Shown here one piece after another: positions 54,107 through 63,236 of a stretch of 64,000 bases of DNA. How positions within the stretch are numbered: the first letter of the stretch is position 1; the number at the start of each line of letters is the position of its first letter. Origin of the DNA: Clostridia bacterium (GTDB lineage: Bacteria > Bacillota > Clostridia > Oscillospirales > CAG-272); contig JAFQEJ010000033.1 of the NCBI GenBank assembly GCA_017399105.1, forward strand, positions 2,770 to 66,769. The letters are read 5' to 3'. A model generated the notes under the pieces. The model did not search any database. It had not been told where the DNA came from and was given only the letters and a program-made list of their open reading frames with translations. A program made the translations under genes and the position numbers.

Positions 54107-54484
54107 ATGTTTTCTATCAGCAAAGCTCCCAAACATTTCATCGCGGTCCTGTTCATGCTGCTTGCCCTTTTCCTGCTTGTTCTTCCCGCAATGGCGGCTG
54201 AAAATGACACCGGCATGGGAAATGCAGGCGAACAGAACGGTGCTGTCAATGGCGGCAGTGTAACCGATCAAACCGGCAGCGGTGCAGGCAACGGTGTCGG
54301 AAATGGCGGTAACACAGTAAGCGATGCTGTCAGCGATGCGGGCAACATGGTCAGCGACGCGGTCAGCGATGTGGGTGACGCAGTTACCGACAACAACGGC
54401 GGCATCAATGTCTGGGGCATTGTCATCGCAATCATTGTAATTGTGATCGTCGTTGGAATCGTGATGATGTTCTTCAAACGGTAA
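54107..54484 (+). CDS. Small secreted, C-terminally membrane-anchored Gly/Asn/Asp-rich repeat protein
   Basis: GGAGG RBS. Signal peptide ...LVLPAMAAEN. VSDAVSD repeats. C-terminal TM WGIVIAIIVIVIVVGIVMMFFKR. Confidence 0.55.
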   Translation: MFSISKAPKHFIAVLFMLLALFLLVLPAMAAENDTGMGNAGEQNGAVNGGSVTDQTGSGAGNGVGNGGNTVSDAVSDAGNMVSDAVSDVGDAVTDNNGGINVWGIVIAIIVIVIVVGIVMMFFKR

Positions 54485-54584
54485 TTCCGCTGCTCAAACG
54501 GCGGACTCCGCCGTACATATGTTGATTTGCGGATGAGGGGGATCCGTCCGCTGCACCTTGAAAAATGCAGAAAGGAATTTGCCG

Positions 54585-55014
54585 CCGACGCCGATATAGC
54601 CCGCCGCGAGATACGTCACCCTCGTGGTATGCAGAAACGGTTTTGTATTCCTAACACCGATATTACCCGCCGCAAGGCACGTCACCCTCGTGGTATGCAG
54701 AAACGGTTTTGTATTCCTGACGCCGATATTACCCGCCGCGAGATACGTCACCCTCGTGGTATGCAGAAACGGTTTTGTATTCCTGACGCCGATATTACCC
54801 GCCGCGAGACACGTCACCCTCGTGGTATGCATGTGCGGTTTTATATTCCTGACGCCGATATTACCCGCCGCAAGGCACGTCACCCTCGTGGTATGCATGT
54901 GCGGTTTTATATTCCTAACACCGATATCACCCGCCGCGAGACACGTCACCCTCGTGGTATACAGAAACGGTTTTGTATTCCTGACGCCGATACAGGCCGC
55001 GCACCTGCAAGGTG
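54585..55014 (-). repeat. Tandem array of a 66-bp unit (6 full units plus a partial seventh) derived from the family T module, immediately downstream of mnmE
   Basis: The CCGAT unit phase recurs at 54591, 54657, 54723, 54789, 54855, 54921 and 54987. Units are near-identical along their whole length. The terminal unit ends in GCACCTTGCAGGTGC, abutting the mnmE TAG. Confidence 0.9.
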
Positions 55015-56403
55015 CTATTTGCCCACGCAGAAGCGGTGGAAGATGCGGTCAACGATTTCTTCGGTGACGCGGCGGCCGTCAAGCTCACCGAGAGCTCCCA
55101 TGGCAAGCTCAAGCTCAAGACCGGCAATGTCGGCGGGAGCTCCGGCTTCCAGTGCATCGGCGGCGCGGGTGATCGCATCCAAAGCAGAGGATGCCGCCGC
55201 ATGCTGGCGGGCGTTGACAAGCATTGCGCTGTTGTCATAGTCAATGCTGCCGACCTCAAAGAGCCGCTCCACTACCGAAGCAATTGCCTCTCTGCCACAC
55301 CCCAGCTTTGCCGAGACGGTGACAACCTCGTCGAAAATGCCGCGGATTGTCTCGACATCGAGGGTGATGCCTAAATCTTCCTTATTAATAATAGCAATCT
55401 TCGCACAGCCAACCTCGCGGCAGCGATCGAGGAAAAGAGATTCCTCTTCGTCCAATGGCTTTGAGCCATCGAATACAGCCAGCAGCAATCCTGCGCGCTC
55501 CATTCGTGAGAGTGCCATCTCCACGCCGATCTGCTCCACCGCATCGCCGCTCTCTCGGATGCCTGCCGTGTCACAGAGCCGCAGGGTTACCTGCCCCAGC
55601 GATACCGTTTCTTCAATCACATCGCGGGTAGTTCCCGCAATATCGGTCACAATGGCGCGCTCTCTTCCCAGCAGCATGTTGAGAAGCGAGGATTTTCCCG
55701 TGTTGGGCAGTCCCGCAATTACGCAGTCGATGCCCTCGGCAATGGCAGAGCCGGCTTTGTAGGTGGCACAGAGCGCACGCAGGCTCTCTTCAATTCCTCT
55801 CGTGTGAGATAAAATTTCATCGGTTGTGTATTCGGCGAGATCCTCGTCGGGATAGTCGATGACAGCATAGACTGCCGAAATCAGAGAAGCAAGCTTCTCT
55901 GTGATTTTCTCCAGCGCGCGGCTGAGAGTTCCTCTTGCCTGGGATGAGGCAAGCTTCAGCTGTGCATCGCTTACCGCATCAATCTTGCCAATGACAGCTT
56001 CCGCCTGGGACAAGGTCAGATGCCCCGAGACAAAGGCGCGGCGTGTGAACTCTCCCGCCTCGGCAGGGCGCGCACCGGCTGTGATGCAGGAGGCAAGAAC
56101 CCGCTGGGAGAGCAGAATGCCCCCGTGAAAGTCGAGCTCCACTGTGTCCTCGCCGGTGTAGCTGTGAGGCGCGCGGAAGAAAATGGCAATCGCATCATCG
56201 AGGGGAGCGCTGCTTTTGTCGTTGAGATCGAAAATGTCGCCGTAAATCGCACTGCGGGGGGGCATATCGCCCAGCTTTCTTCCGTTTTTCGGCTTGAAAA
56301 GCTTCTCTGCGACCTCGATGGCGTCGCTGCCCGATATGCGGATTTTGGCAACGCCGCCTCTTCCGTAGGGAGTCGAAATGGCGGCTATGGTCTGATTTTG
56401 CAT
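55015..56403 (-). CDS. mnmE: tRNA modification GTPase MnmE
   Basis: N-terminal TIAAISTP, G-domain GLPNTGKSSLLN / DTAG / NKED, C-terminal FCVGK. ATG at 56403 follows GGAG. Confidence 0.95.
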   Translation of the reverse strand: MQNQTIAAISTPYGRGGVAKIRISGSDAIEVAEKLFKPKNGRKLGDMPPRSAIYGDIFDLNDKSSAPLDDAIAIFFRAPHSYTGEDTVELDFHGGILLSQRVLASCITAGARPAEAGEFTRRAFVSGHLTLSQAEAVIGKIDAVSDAQLKLASSQARGTLSRALEKITEKLASLISAVYAVIDYPDEDLAEYTTDEILSHTRGIEESLRALCATYKAGSAIAEGIDCVIAGLPNTGKSSLLNMLLGRERAIVTDIAGTTRDVIEETVSLGQVTLRLCDTAGIRESGDAVEQIGVEMALSRMERAGLLLAVFDGSKPLDEEESLFLDRCREVGCAKIAIINKEDLGITLDVETIRGIFDEVVTVSAKLGCGREAIASVVERLFEVGSIDYDNSAMLVNARQHAAASSALDAITRAADALEAGAPADIAGLELELAMGALGELDGRRVTEEIVDRIFHRFCVGK

Positions 56404-56473
56404 AGGTATCTCCAAAATATAATTCATACTTAATATTGTCCCACAACTGTGTGGATTTGTCAAGAAAAAACAT

Positions 56474-56506
56474 AACGGAACGCCGAAATTAACGTTCCGT
56501 TTTTTG
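56474..56506. terminator. Hairpin terminator between the membrane-protein gene and mnmE
   Basis: AACGGAACG-ccgaaatta-CGTTCCGTT, flanked by A-runs and T-runs on both sides. Confidence 0.6.
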
Positions 56507-56983
56507 TTATCTCGTCTTTTCTCGCCGACGGCGTGCCAGCAGACTTCCGAGGCAGATCGCTCCCACATAGCCCGCGCACCAGATCAGCGCCGAGAAAATC
56601 ACAGCCCACAGGGCATGCTCGCCGCCCGACAGAAGTTCAACCAGATGAAATCCCGCAGCGGCGAAGAAGTAGCTTCCTTGCGTGATGATCCAGACAAGTC
56701 CGTATATGCCTGCCGTGATCAGCGCATTGATGAGTGCATTCTGCGGCGGCGTCTTTTCGGCAGCGTCGCTTCGCCATGTGATCCACATCAAAAAGGCGCA
56801 GGAAGCCAACCAGCCGAATACAGCCATCAGCAGATCCTCGCGGACGGCTTTGGTCGCCATGTCATGGTACAAGCCTCTGAAGATATACAGGGGCACCATG
56901 GCGATAAGAAATCCTATCCAGGATGCACCCCAGCATTTGAATACGGTGGGGATACAGGTTGATAAGCGGTCTTTCAAGCTCAT
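56507..56983 (-). CDS. Hypothetical multi-pass membrane protein
   Basis: ATG at 56983 lies 7 nt after GAGG. Four or five hydrophobic helices. Basic C-terminus ARRRREKTR. Confidence 0.5.
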   Translation of the reverse strand: MSLKDRLSTCIPTVFKCWGASWIGFLIAMVPLYIFRGLYHDMATKAVREDLLMAVFGWLASCAFLMWITWRSDAAEKTPPQNALINALITAGIYGLVWIITQGSYFFAAAGFHLVELLSGGEHALWAVIFSALIWCAGYVGAICLGSLLARRRREKTR

Positions 56984-57064
56984 AATCACACCTCATGGAT
57001 ATCATTTTTTTCATTATATCACAAGTGCGATTTGTTTGTCAATATAAATAATTACATAAAACGG

Positions 57065-58789
57065 TCAAATGATTGCGTGTGGTTGATCGATCGCTTTGAA
57101 TAACGCCTTTGCCACTTCGCACATTGCTCCCTCCGAGACCTTGCAGATCCTGCGGTCAAAGGTTAGAAGCCCGTTTGTCTCGTCCTCCACGTCGGATACC
57201 TGGGTATAGACCGCACCGCAGAGTCCCTGTCTGATGGCGGGGAGTACCTCATCGCGGTAAAGCTTTACCAACGCTTCTTCAAACGCTTCTTTTTCGGTAA
57301 AATCGCGATAACCGTAGTTGCCTTCCCGGTTGAAGGAATGGGCGGGAAGCTTCAGACTGTAGCCGCCGAACTCGGAGAGAATCACCGGGCGGGGGAAGGG
57401 TTTTGTCAGCTTCACCGGCTTGAAGTAGACATGCAGGCTTTCCACATCCGATTCACGCTCCCCGAACCAGCCGGATGCGGGGTCGATGATGCGGGTGGAG
57501 TCGAGCGCCTTCAGTTTGCGGTAAAGCTCGTCTCCGCAGAATTGTCCCCAGCCTTCGTTGAAGATGGTCCAATAGCAGATGCAGGGATGCTCGCGCAGCA
57601 TCTCCACCGTCTCCTCCATGGCGGTGAGGAAGGCGGCGCGGGATTTTTTATTTTGGTGGAGCCATCGGTCGGGCAGCTTTTTCAGTCCCAGAGTGGGAAG
57701 GGCGGTGTCGCGGAAGAAGGAGTAGCCGCCGTTGTTCACCATGTCCTGAAAGACAATCATACCCATGCGGTCGCAGTCGTAGTAGAAGCGCTCGGGTTCA
57801 ATTTTGATATGCTTGCGGAGCATGTTGAAGCCCAGCCTTTTCATGGCGGCGATGTCATTGGTATAGCATACAGGTGAAGCGGGAGTCAGGCCGCCGTCGG
57901 CGAAATATCCCTGATCGAGCAGACCGTGGAAGAAATAGGGCTTGCCGTTGAGCAGAATCCGCGGAATACCGTTTACAACCGCACATTCCAGACTGCGGCA
58001 GGCAAAATAAGAGCGTACCTCGTCCTCTCCCGCGCGCAGGGTGTAGTGGTAGAGGTAGGGATCCTCGGGCGACCAGAGCCGGGAATTCTCAAGCGAAATC
58101 ACCGCCTCGCCGTTTTTCATGGGGAAGGAGTGCTCACCGTCGGGGGAGGTCAGCGTGAGAATACCCTCATTTACACCGTCGGCTGTGATTTTTACGCAGT
58201 TATTTTCTGTCTGTTCAGTGTGAAGGGCGCGCACATAAACCTCGGGAGTGCTCTCCATCCATACCGTCTGCCAGATGCCGCTGGTGGGGGTGTACCACAT
58301 GCCGCCCCGCTTCAGCTTCTGCTTGCCGTAGGGAAGGATGCCGTCAAGGGGATCGCTTGCGGTGACCTCCAGCAGGTTTTCATCCTTTATATATTCGGTT
58401 ACATCAAAGGAAAAGTGTCCGTAGCCGCCCCTGTGCTCGCCCAGTGTGACACCATTGAGCTTTACAAGGGCAATCTGATCGACCGCGCCGAAGTGGAGAA
58501 GCACACGCCCGCGGCGAAAACCTTCGGGGAGTGTGAAGCTGCGGGAATAATGCAGCTTTGTTCCCGGCTGGATGCTTCTGTGAATGCCCGAGAGAATGCT
58601 TTCGGGGGCGAAAGGGACACGGATTTTCTCGACCTTGCCGTCGCCCTCGCGGAAATCCCACCATCCGTTGAGGCAGAGGAAGGAATTTCGCACAAGCTGC
58701 GGACGGGGATACTCCTCCCAGGGGATGAGGTCGGGACTTGTGAGAAGCAGATCTCCTTCGGTGGTAGTGAGTGTATTGTAGGCTGACAT
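57065..58789 (-). CDS. Glycoside hydrolase family 2 (beta-galactosidase/beta-glucuronidase-like)
   Basis: WWDF sugar-binding N-domain, NGKPYFFHGLLDQ, NMLRKHIK, WTIFNEGWG (acid/base NE). AAGGAG RBS before the ATG at 58789. Confidence 0.85.
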   Translation of the reverse strand: MSAYNTLTTTEGDLLLTSPDLIPWEEYPRPQLVRNSFLCLNGWWDFREGDGKVEKIRVPFAPESILSGIHRSIQPGTKLHYSRSFTLPEGFRRGRVLLHFGAVDQIALVKLNGVTLGEHRGGYGHFSFDVTEYIKDENLLEVTASDPLDGILPYGKQKLKRGGMWYTPTSGIWQTVWMESTPEVYVRALHTEQTENNCVKITADGVNEGILTLTSPDGEHSFPMKNGEAVISLENSRLWSPEDPYLYHYTLRAGEDEVRSYFACRSLECAVVNGIPRILLNGKPYFFHGLLDQGYFADGGLTPASPVCYTNDIAAMKRLGFNMLRKHIKIEPERFYYDCDRMGMIVFQDMVNNGGYSFFRDTALPTLGLKKLPDRWLHQNKKSRAAFLTAMEETVEMLREHPCICYWTIFNEGWGQFCGDELYRKLKALDSTRIIDPASGWFGERESDVESLHVYFKPVKLTKPFPRPVILSEFGGYSLKLPAHSFNREGNYGYRDFTEKEAFEEALVKLYRDEVLPAIRQGLCGAVYTQVSDVEDETNGLLTFDRRICKVSEGAMCEVAKALFKAIDQPHAII

Positions 58790-59006
58790 AGCGACTCCTT
58801 TTGGCTTGAATTTGAGCATTTATAATAAAAAATTATGGAAAACTTTAAACACTCTGTACATGTAATCTCCAAAAATTTTGTGCGATAATATAGGTAACAT
58901 AAACGTTTGTGATTACTTAAAAATACGGAGGAATGTCTGAAAAGAAATTTTCAGACCGGGCTTTGTTGCGCAAATCAGCCCCAATTCCCCGAGAAAGGTC
59001 TTAATT

Positions 59007-60470
59007 ATGAAACGACTGTTATCAATTCTGATGGCGGCTGTTATGCTTGTCTCCCTGTTTTCCTGCAGTCGGGATGAGGATATCCCGGCTTCGGTTACAA
59101 CAGCAGCCGACACGGCGGCGCCCGAAACTGCCGAGCCCGAAAATACCGGCACACCCGAGCCAGCCCTTCCCGAAATCGACTTTGAGGGCGGAGATTTTAC
59201 CTTGCTTTACCGCGGAAACGGCGCGACCTACACCTGCTCCGATATTGTGGTGGAGGAGCAGAACGGCGAAATTGTCAACGATGTGGTCTACGCCCGCAAG
59301 ATAGCGACCGAGGAAAAGATGAAATGCAAGGTTGTGGGCGTTGAAAACGAATCGCCGGCGGCGGTGGTGTCAAAGGCAGTTCGCAGTGACAGCTACAGCT
59401 GTGACGTGATGTTCGATCAGATGTATGTGCAGATCACCCATGCTGCCGACGGAGAATATCTGGATTTCAACACCATCCCCAACATCGATATGAACGCCGT
59501 TTACTGGGATTCCAATGCCGCCTCCGACCTGTCTGTGGGCAGAAAGCTCTATATGGCGGTCAGCGATATCAGCATGAGAACCACAGGCGATGCGCGCTTC
59601 ATCTACTTCAACAAATATCTGGTGGAGCAATACAATCTGCCCGAGCCCTATCAGTATGTCTACGAGGATAAATGGACGCTGGAGGTTTTCTCCTCCATGG
59701 TGAAGAGCATATCCGAGGATCTGGACGGTAATTCCAAGTTGGATGGTTATGACCGGTTCGGATTGCTTGAGGAGGGCCCCACCTATTTCATCAGCGGAGC
59801 AGGTGTTAAGTTTACAGAAAAGGATGATGAGGATATCCCGCAGATCAGCTTTATGAATGAACGTACTGTGAAGGCACTTGAGCTGATCGGCGATTTTCTC
59901 AACGATGAGACCCATGCGATCGGTTATCAGGAGGCTGCCGACGGTCACGACACCAGCGGCTTTGCACATGTTTTCAACTATGGCCGCTCGCTCTTTGCCA
60001 CCGACCACTTCCTCTTCGTGCAGAACGGTGCCGGTGTGAGCAATCAGTTCACCAACATGGAGCATGATTATGGCGTGGTTCCCAATCCCAAATTTGATGA
60101 GACGCAGGAGGAATACTACCACCTGATTGATGCCGCATCCTGTTCCATGTCGGTTCCCACCACCAATACAGAGCTTGATCGGACAGGTGCTGTGCTCGAA
60201 TACATGTCCTGGTATTCCCATGACACGCTCGTTCCCGCTTATTATGAGACAACCATCAAGCTCAAGCGTCTCCAGGACGAAGATGCGCCCAAGATGATGG
60301 ATATTATCAGGGACTCCATCCGTTATGAAATTTCCTACATCGCCGGTGTGGGCATTGAAGCCGTGCTGGCAAAAGGTGTGAGCAGCGGAGATCTGGCATC
60401 CGCATACGCCAAACAGGAGAAGAGCATCAACAAAAAGCTGGAAAAAATCATCGATAAGTTAACCGACTGA
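59007..60470 (+). CDS. Extracellular solute-binding-protein-like lipoprotein (orphan), paralog of 18737..20269
   Basis: Lipobox LSILMAAVMLVSLFSC. Collinear similarity to the other lipoprotein (e.g. the YWDSNAA.. / YFNQDAI.. and KWTLEVF / DWTWDKL regions). Confidence 0.7.
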   Translation: MKRLLSILMAAVMLVSLFSCSRDEDIPASVTTAADTAAPETAEPENTGTPEPALPEIDFEGGDFTLLYRGNGATYTCSDIVVEEQNGEIVNDVVYARKIATEEKMKCKVVGVENESPAAVVSKAVRSDSYSCDVMFDQMYVQITHAADGEYLDFNTIPNIDMNAVYWDSNAASDLSVGRKLYMAVSDISMRTTGDARFIYFNKYLVEQYNLPEPYQYVYEDKWTLEVFSSMVKSISEDLDGNSKLDGYDRFGLLEEGPTYFISGAGVKFTEKDDEDIPQISFMNERTVKALELIGDFLNDETHAIGYQEAADGHDTSGFAHVFNYGRSLFATDHFLFVQNGAGVSNQFTNMEHDYGVVPNPKFDETQEEYYHLIDAASCSMSVPTTNTELDRTGAVLEYMSWYSHDTLVPAYYETTIKLKRLQDEDAPKMMDIIRDSIRYEISYIAGVGIEAVLAKGVSSGDLASAYAKQEKSINKKLEKIIDKLTD

Positions 60471-60482
60471 ATAACCGATAAA

Positions 60483-60512
60483 GGGACTGCTTCGTGAGAG
60501 CGCGGCAGTCCC
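60483..60512. terminator. Bidirectional hairpin between convergent genes
   Basis: GGGACTGC-14 nt-GCAGTCCC followed by CGTTTCTTT. Confidence 0.5.
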
Positions 60513-60519
60513 CGTTTCT

Positions 60520-61245
60520 TTATTCTTCCATCATGCACTCAAGCAGCGAGTAGGCGAAAAGCCGGTTCAGCTCTCTTGTGGGGTGATTGACCAGATTGGA
60601 GAGCAGGTTTGTGGTGTCAATGCCGCAGGCAGCCATGCGCTTCCACTTGGCATAGACATCGCAGATTCTGACACCGCAGGCGACGGCAGCTTCCTTTGCC
60701 CGGTCTACATAGAGATCGAGGGTTCCGTTGTTCTGACGCTCGGCAAGCTCCCCTGCCACGCGGAGAAGCACTTCGTTTGAGATTCTGCTGCTGGCGCGGG
60801 TGCACATCATGTTGGGGGTCATGAAGATGATCTCACTGCCTGCCTCCTTCAGCGCGGTAAAGATTTTTGTCAGATTGGCTGCATAGGTGTCCACCCATCC
60901 GGCACCGTTTCCGCAGTCATTGAGCCCGAAGCAGACCACAGTGAGATCGGGCTTGTGAGCGATGACATCGCGCTCCAGTCTCGCGAGCGCGCCCTCGGTG
61001 GTGTCGCCGCCGATGCCCGCATTGATGATGTTCACGGGTGCGGTGGGATAAAGGGTTGCCAGCATATCGGCAAGATAGCGGTGATAGGCGGCGGTGGGAT
61101 CGTATTCGGTCTCAAAGCTTTCGTCGTTGGTGGGATGGATTCCGAAGCAGCCCTGTGTCACGCTGTCACCTAGAAAGGCAATGGTAGGGGTAGGATTGCC
61201 GTGGAGATCACAGGATTTTTTTGCGATGAGGGTCATGATATTCAT
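60520..61245 (-). CDS. SGNH/GDSL hydrolase
   Basis: FLGDSVTQG, NAGIGGD, FGLNDC and a C-terminal NHP motif. AAGGAG RBS. Confidence 0.8.
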   Translation of the reverse strand: MNIMTLIAKKSCDLHGNPTPTIAFLGDSVTQGCFGIHPTNDESFETEYDPTAAYHRYLADMLATLYPTAPVNIINAGIGGDTTEGALARLERDVIAHKPDLTVVCFGLNDCGNGAGWVDTYAANLTKIFTALKEAGSEIIFMTPNMMCTRASSRISNEVLLRVAGELAERQNNGTLDLYVDRAKEAAVACGVRICDVYAKWKRMAACGIDTTNLLSNLVNHPTRELNRLFAYSLLECMMEE

Positions 61246-61328
61246 GGGATAGTCTCCTTTATGGAAGTGATATGAATTCAGTATAGCGCAAAAAGGTCGA
61301 AAAAGCTATAGGAATACAGACAAAGCAT

Positions 61329-61886
61329 TTAATAATTCGGTCGGTTGAAGTATGCGGCGATATCATCGATGCCGGCGAGTGCCTGCCTGTCCTCGATAGC
61401 GGGGATATGATCGGTGTTGTGACTGCAGACGAGGGGGTGCACCTCCCGGCAGTTCATCATGCAAAAGAGGGTGCGGGCGGTTTCGTATGCCTTTTCCATC
61501 CTTCCGTCACCGCCGCCGACGAGAATGACAGCACCTCTCTTTGGCTTTGGAATCGGCTCCTCACCTCTGAAATGCCGGGCGCAGAAGCAGGTCTGCAGGC
61601 GGCTTCCCACATCGAGCAGCTTCCCGGTCAGCTCGGAAAAATAAAGGGGTGAGGCGATGAGAATATTGTCGCAGTCTGGCAGAAAGCGGTATATCTTCTC
61701 CATGCCGTCCGAGATGGCACAGCCGTCTTGTGTCTTGCACAGGCGGCAGTCAAGGCAGGGAGAGATATCGGCGAAGTAACAGTCGACCCTCATAATCTCG
61801 CCTGCAAGCTGAGGTATCAGGGTGTCAAGCAGGCTTGCCGTGTCACCATTTCTGCGGGGAGAGCCGTTTAAAATGAGCGTTTTCAT
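61329..61886 (-). CDS. Flavodoxin-like fold NAD(P)H-dependent FMN reductase / iron-sulfur flavoprotein
   Basis: LILNGSPRRNGDT plus a Cys cluster CLDCRLC..GC. Confidence 0.75.
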   Translation of the reverse strand: MKTLILNGSPRRNGDTASLLDTLIPQLAGEIMRVDCYFADISPCLDCRLCKTQDGCAISDGMEKIYRFLPDCDNILIASPLYFSELTGKLLDVGSRLQTCFCARHFRGEEPIPKPKRGAVILVGGGDGRMEKAYETARTLFCMMNCREVHPLVCSHNTDHIPAIEDRQALAGIDDIAAYFNRPNY

Positions 61887-62093
61887 GGAATTTTGCCTTT
61901 CTGTTCAGGATTACCATTAGCATACCACAAATCGGGCAGAGATACAATAGGCATCCGCATGAATTTATTTCTCGTGCCGTTTACAGCGTAATGGCAACAA
62001 AAACTATGGTTGACAATTGTTCAAGAGTTTGATATGATATTGTCAAATACTCGAGTATCATTTTTAATAATTTGAATTTATAAGGAGATTTAT

Positions 62094-63002
62094 ATGAAGC
62101 GAATTTTTTCAAGAGCAGCTGCCCTGCTGATGGTCGCTCTACTTCTTGTAAGCACCATGGCAATGGGACTGAGTGCTGCTCCCGAACGCAAACAAGTGAC
62201 AGCTATCGAAGCTCTCTCGGCACCTGTCATTGACGGTAAAATCGATGATATGTGGGAAAAGACCGAAGCCGTAGAAATACTCAATTTTGGTTCGAATATC
62301 TATGGCAATACCTCAACTCCTGAAGCTCATGAGAAGAATCCTGTTGCTACAGCATCGATAAAACTCATGTGGGACGAAGCACACCTGTATGTATTGGGTG
62401 TCGTTTCCGATCCTACGCCGAATAAAACCGCTTCTGCGGTCGGAGATGAGCATATCGACGGTGTTGATATCCAGATTTCGGAAGATAATTCAACAAGCGG
62501 TCCCATGCGTGACGATACACAGGGATTTGATAACACCCTTCCCGCAAACGGTAACTTCAATATCAATATAAACGGTAAGGCTACCGGTTGGGGCGGCGTA
62601 TGGTTTGCAGATGCAGGCTATGAGAAGGTTGTAAGTGCTGCTGTCGATACTGCAGACGGTTATATCTTTGAGGCTGCTATTCCCCTTCAGACAATCAGCG
62701 GCTCTGTTGGTACTGTTATTGGCGTGGAATTTCAGATTAATGATAACCAGGACGGAAGCGGTCGTACTGCCATCAGACAGTGGAATGCAGACCTCTGCAT
62801 GGCACATTCTGATGCTGCATATCTTGGTGAATGCAAATTTATCGAAGCTCCCGCTCCCGTAACCGAGGCTCCTGCTACAGAAGCACCTGCAGCAGCTCCC
62901 ACCACCCCCGCAGCACCCGCTACCGCTGATATGGGTATCATCGCGGCATGCACAATCCTCGCGCTCTCCGCAGGCGCTGTTATTGCTGCAAAAAAGAGAT
63001 AA
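62094..63002 (+). CDS. Secreted CBM9/DOMON-like sugar-binding protein with a C-terminal membrane anchor
   Basis: AAGGAG RBS, signal peptide, the APVIDGKIDDMWEKT motif typical of family-9-like binding modules, a Pro/Ala/Thr linker and a C-terminal TM. Confidence 0.65.
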   Translation: MKRIFSRAAALLMVALLLVSTMAMGLSAAPERKQVTAIEALSAPVIDGKIDDMWEKTEAVEILNFGSNIYGNTSTPEAHEKNPVATASIKLMWDEAHLYVLGVVSDPTPNKTASAVGDEHIDGVDIQISEDNSTSGPMRDDTQGFDNTLPANGNFNININGKATGWGGVWFADAGYEKVVSAAVDTADGYIFEAAIPLQTISGSVGTVIGVEFQINDNQDGSGRTAIRQWNADLCMAHSDAAYLGECKFIEAPAPVTEAPATEAPAAAPTTPAAPATADMGIIAACTILALSAGAVIAAKKR

Positions 63003-63038
63003 TATCTCAATAAGTGCGTTCTTTTCATTTTCATTCCC

Positions 63039-63080
63039 GCAGGGGATGCCGATACATTTGGCGTCTCCTGTTTTTATTTT
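63039..63080 (+). terminator. Intrinsic terminator after the CBM9-like gene
   Basis: CAGGGGATGCC-gatacattt-GGCGTCTCCTG followed by TTTTTATTTTTT. Confidence 0.6.
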
Positions 63081-63236
63081 TTATCATCTGCTGCAGAAAA
63101 AATTCGGATTTTGCAAATCTTCTTGACAAAGGCGATTGTAATATGTTAGACTGGTGACAGCGGTAAAACCGTTCGGCAAACAGCCGGAACACCAACACAG
63201 TATATTATCATTTTAAAGAAAAAAGAGGAGACGAAT

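Noticed and set aside
54585-55014. Regularly spaced repeats that might be a CRISPR array
   Set aside because: The whole 66-bp unit is conserved from copy to copy, so there are no unique spacers between repeats. No cas genes or leader are present. The unit is homologous to single-copy modules behind hprK, tpiA and cysS.
54494-55240. ORFs of 151 aa (minus), 237 aa and 147 aa (plus) running through the tandem array
   Set aside because: They stay open only because 66 bp equals 22 codons. The translated products are Arg/Cys/His-rich repeat artefacts with no RBS, and they overlap the mnmE 3' end.
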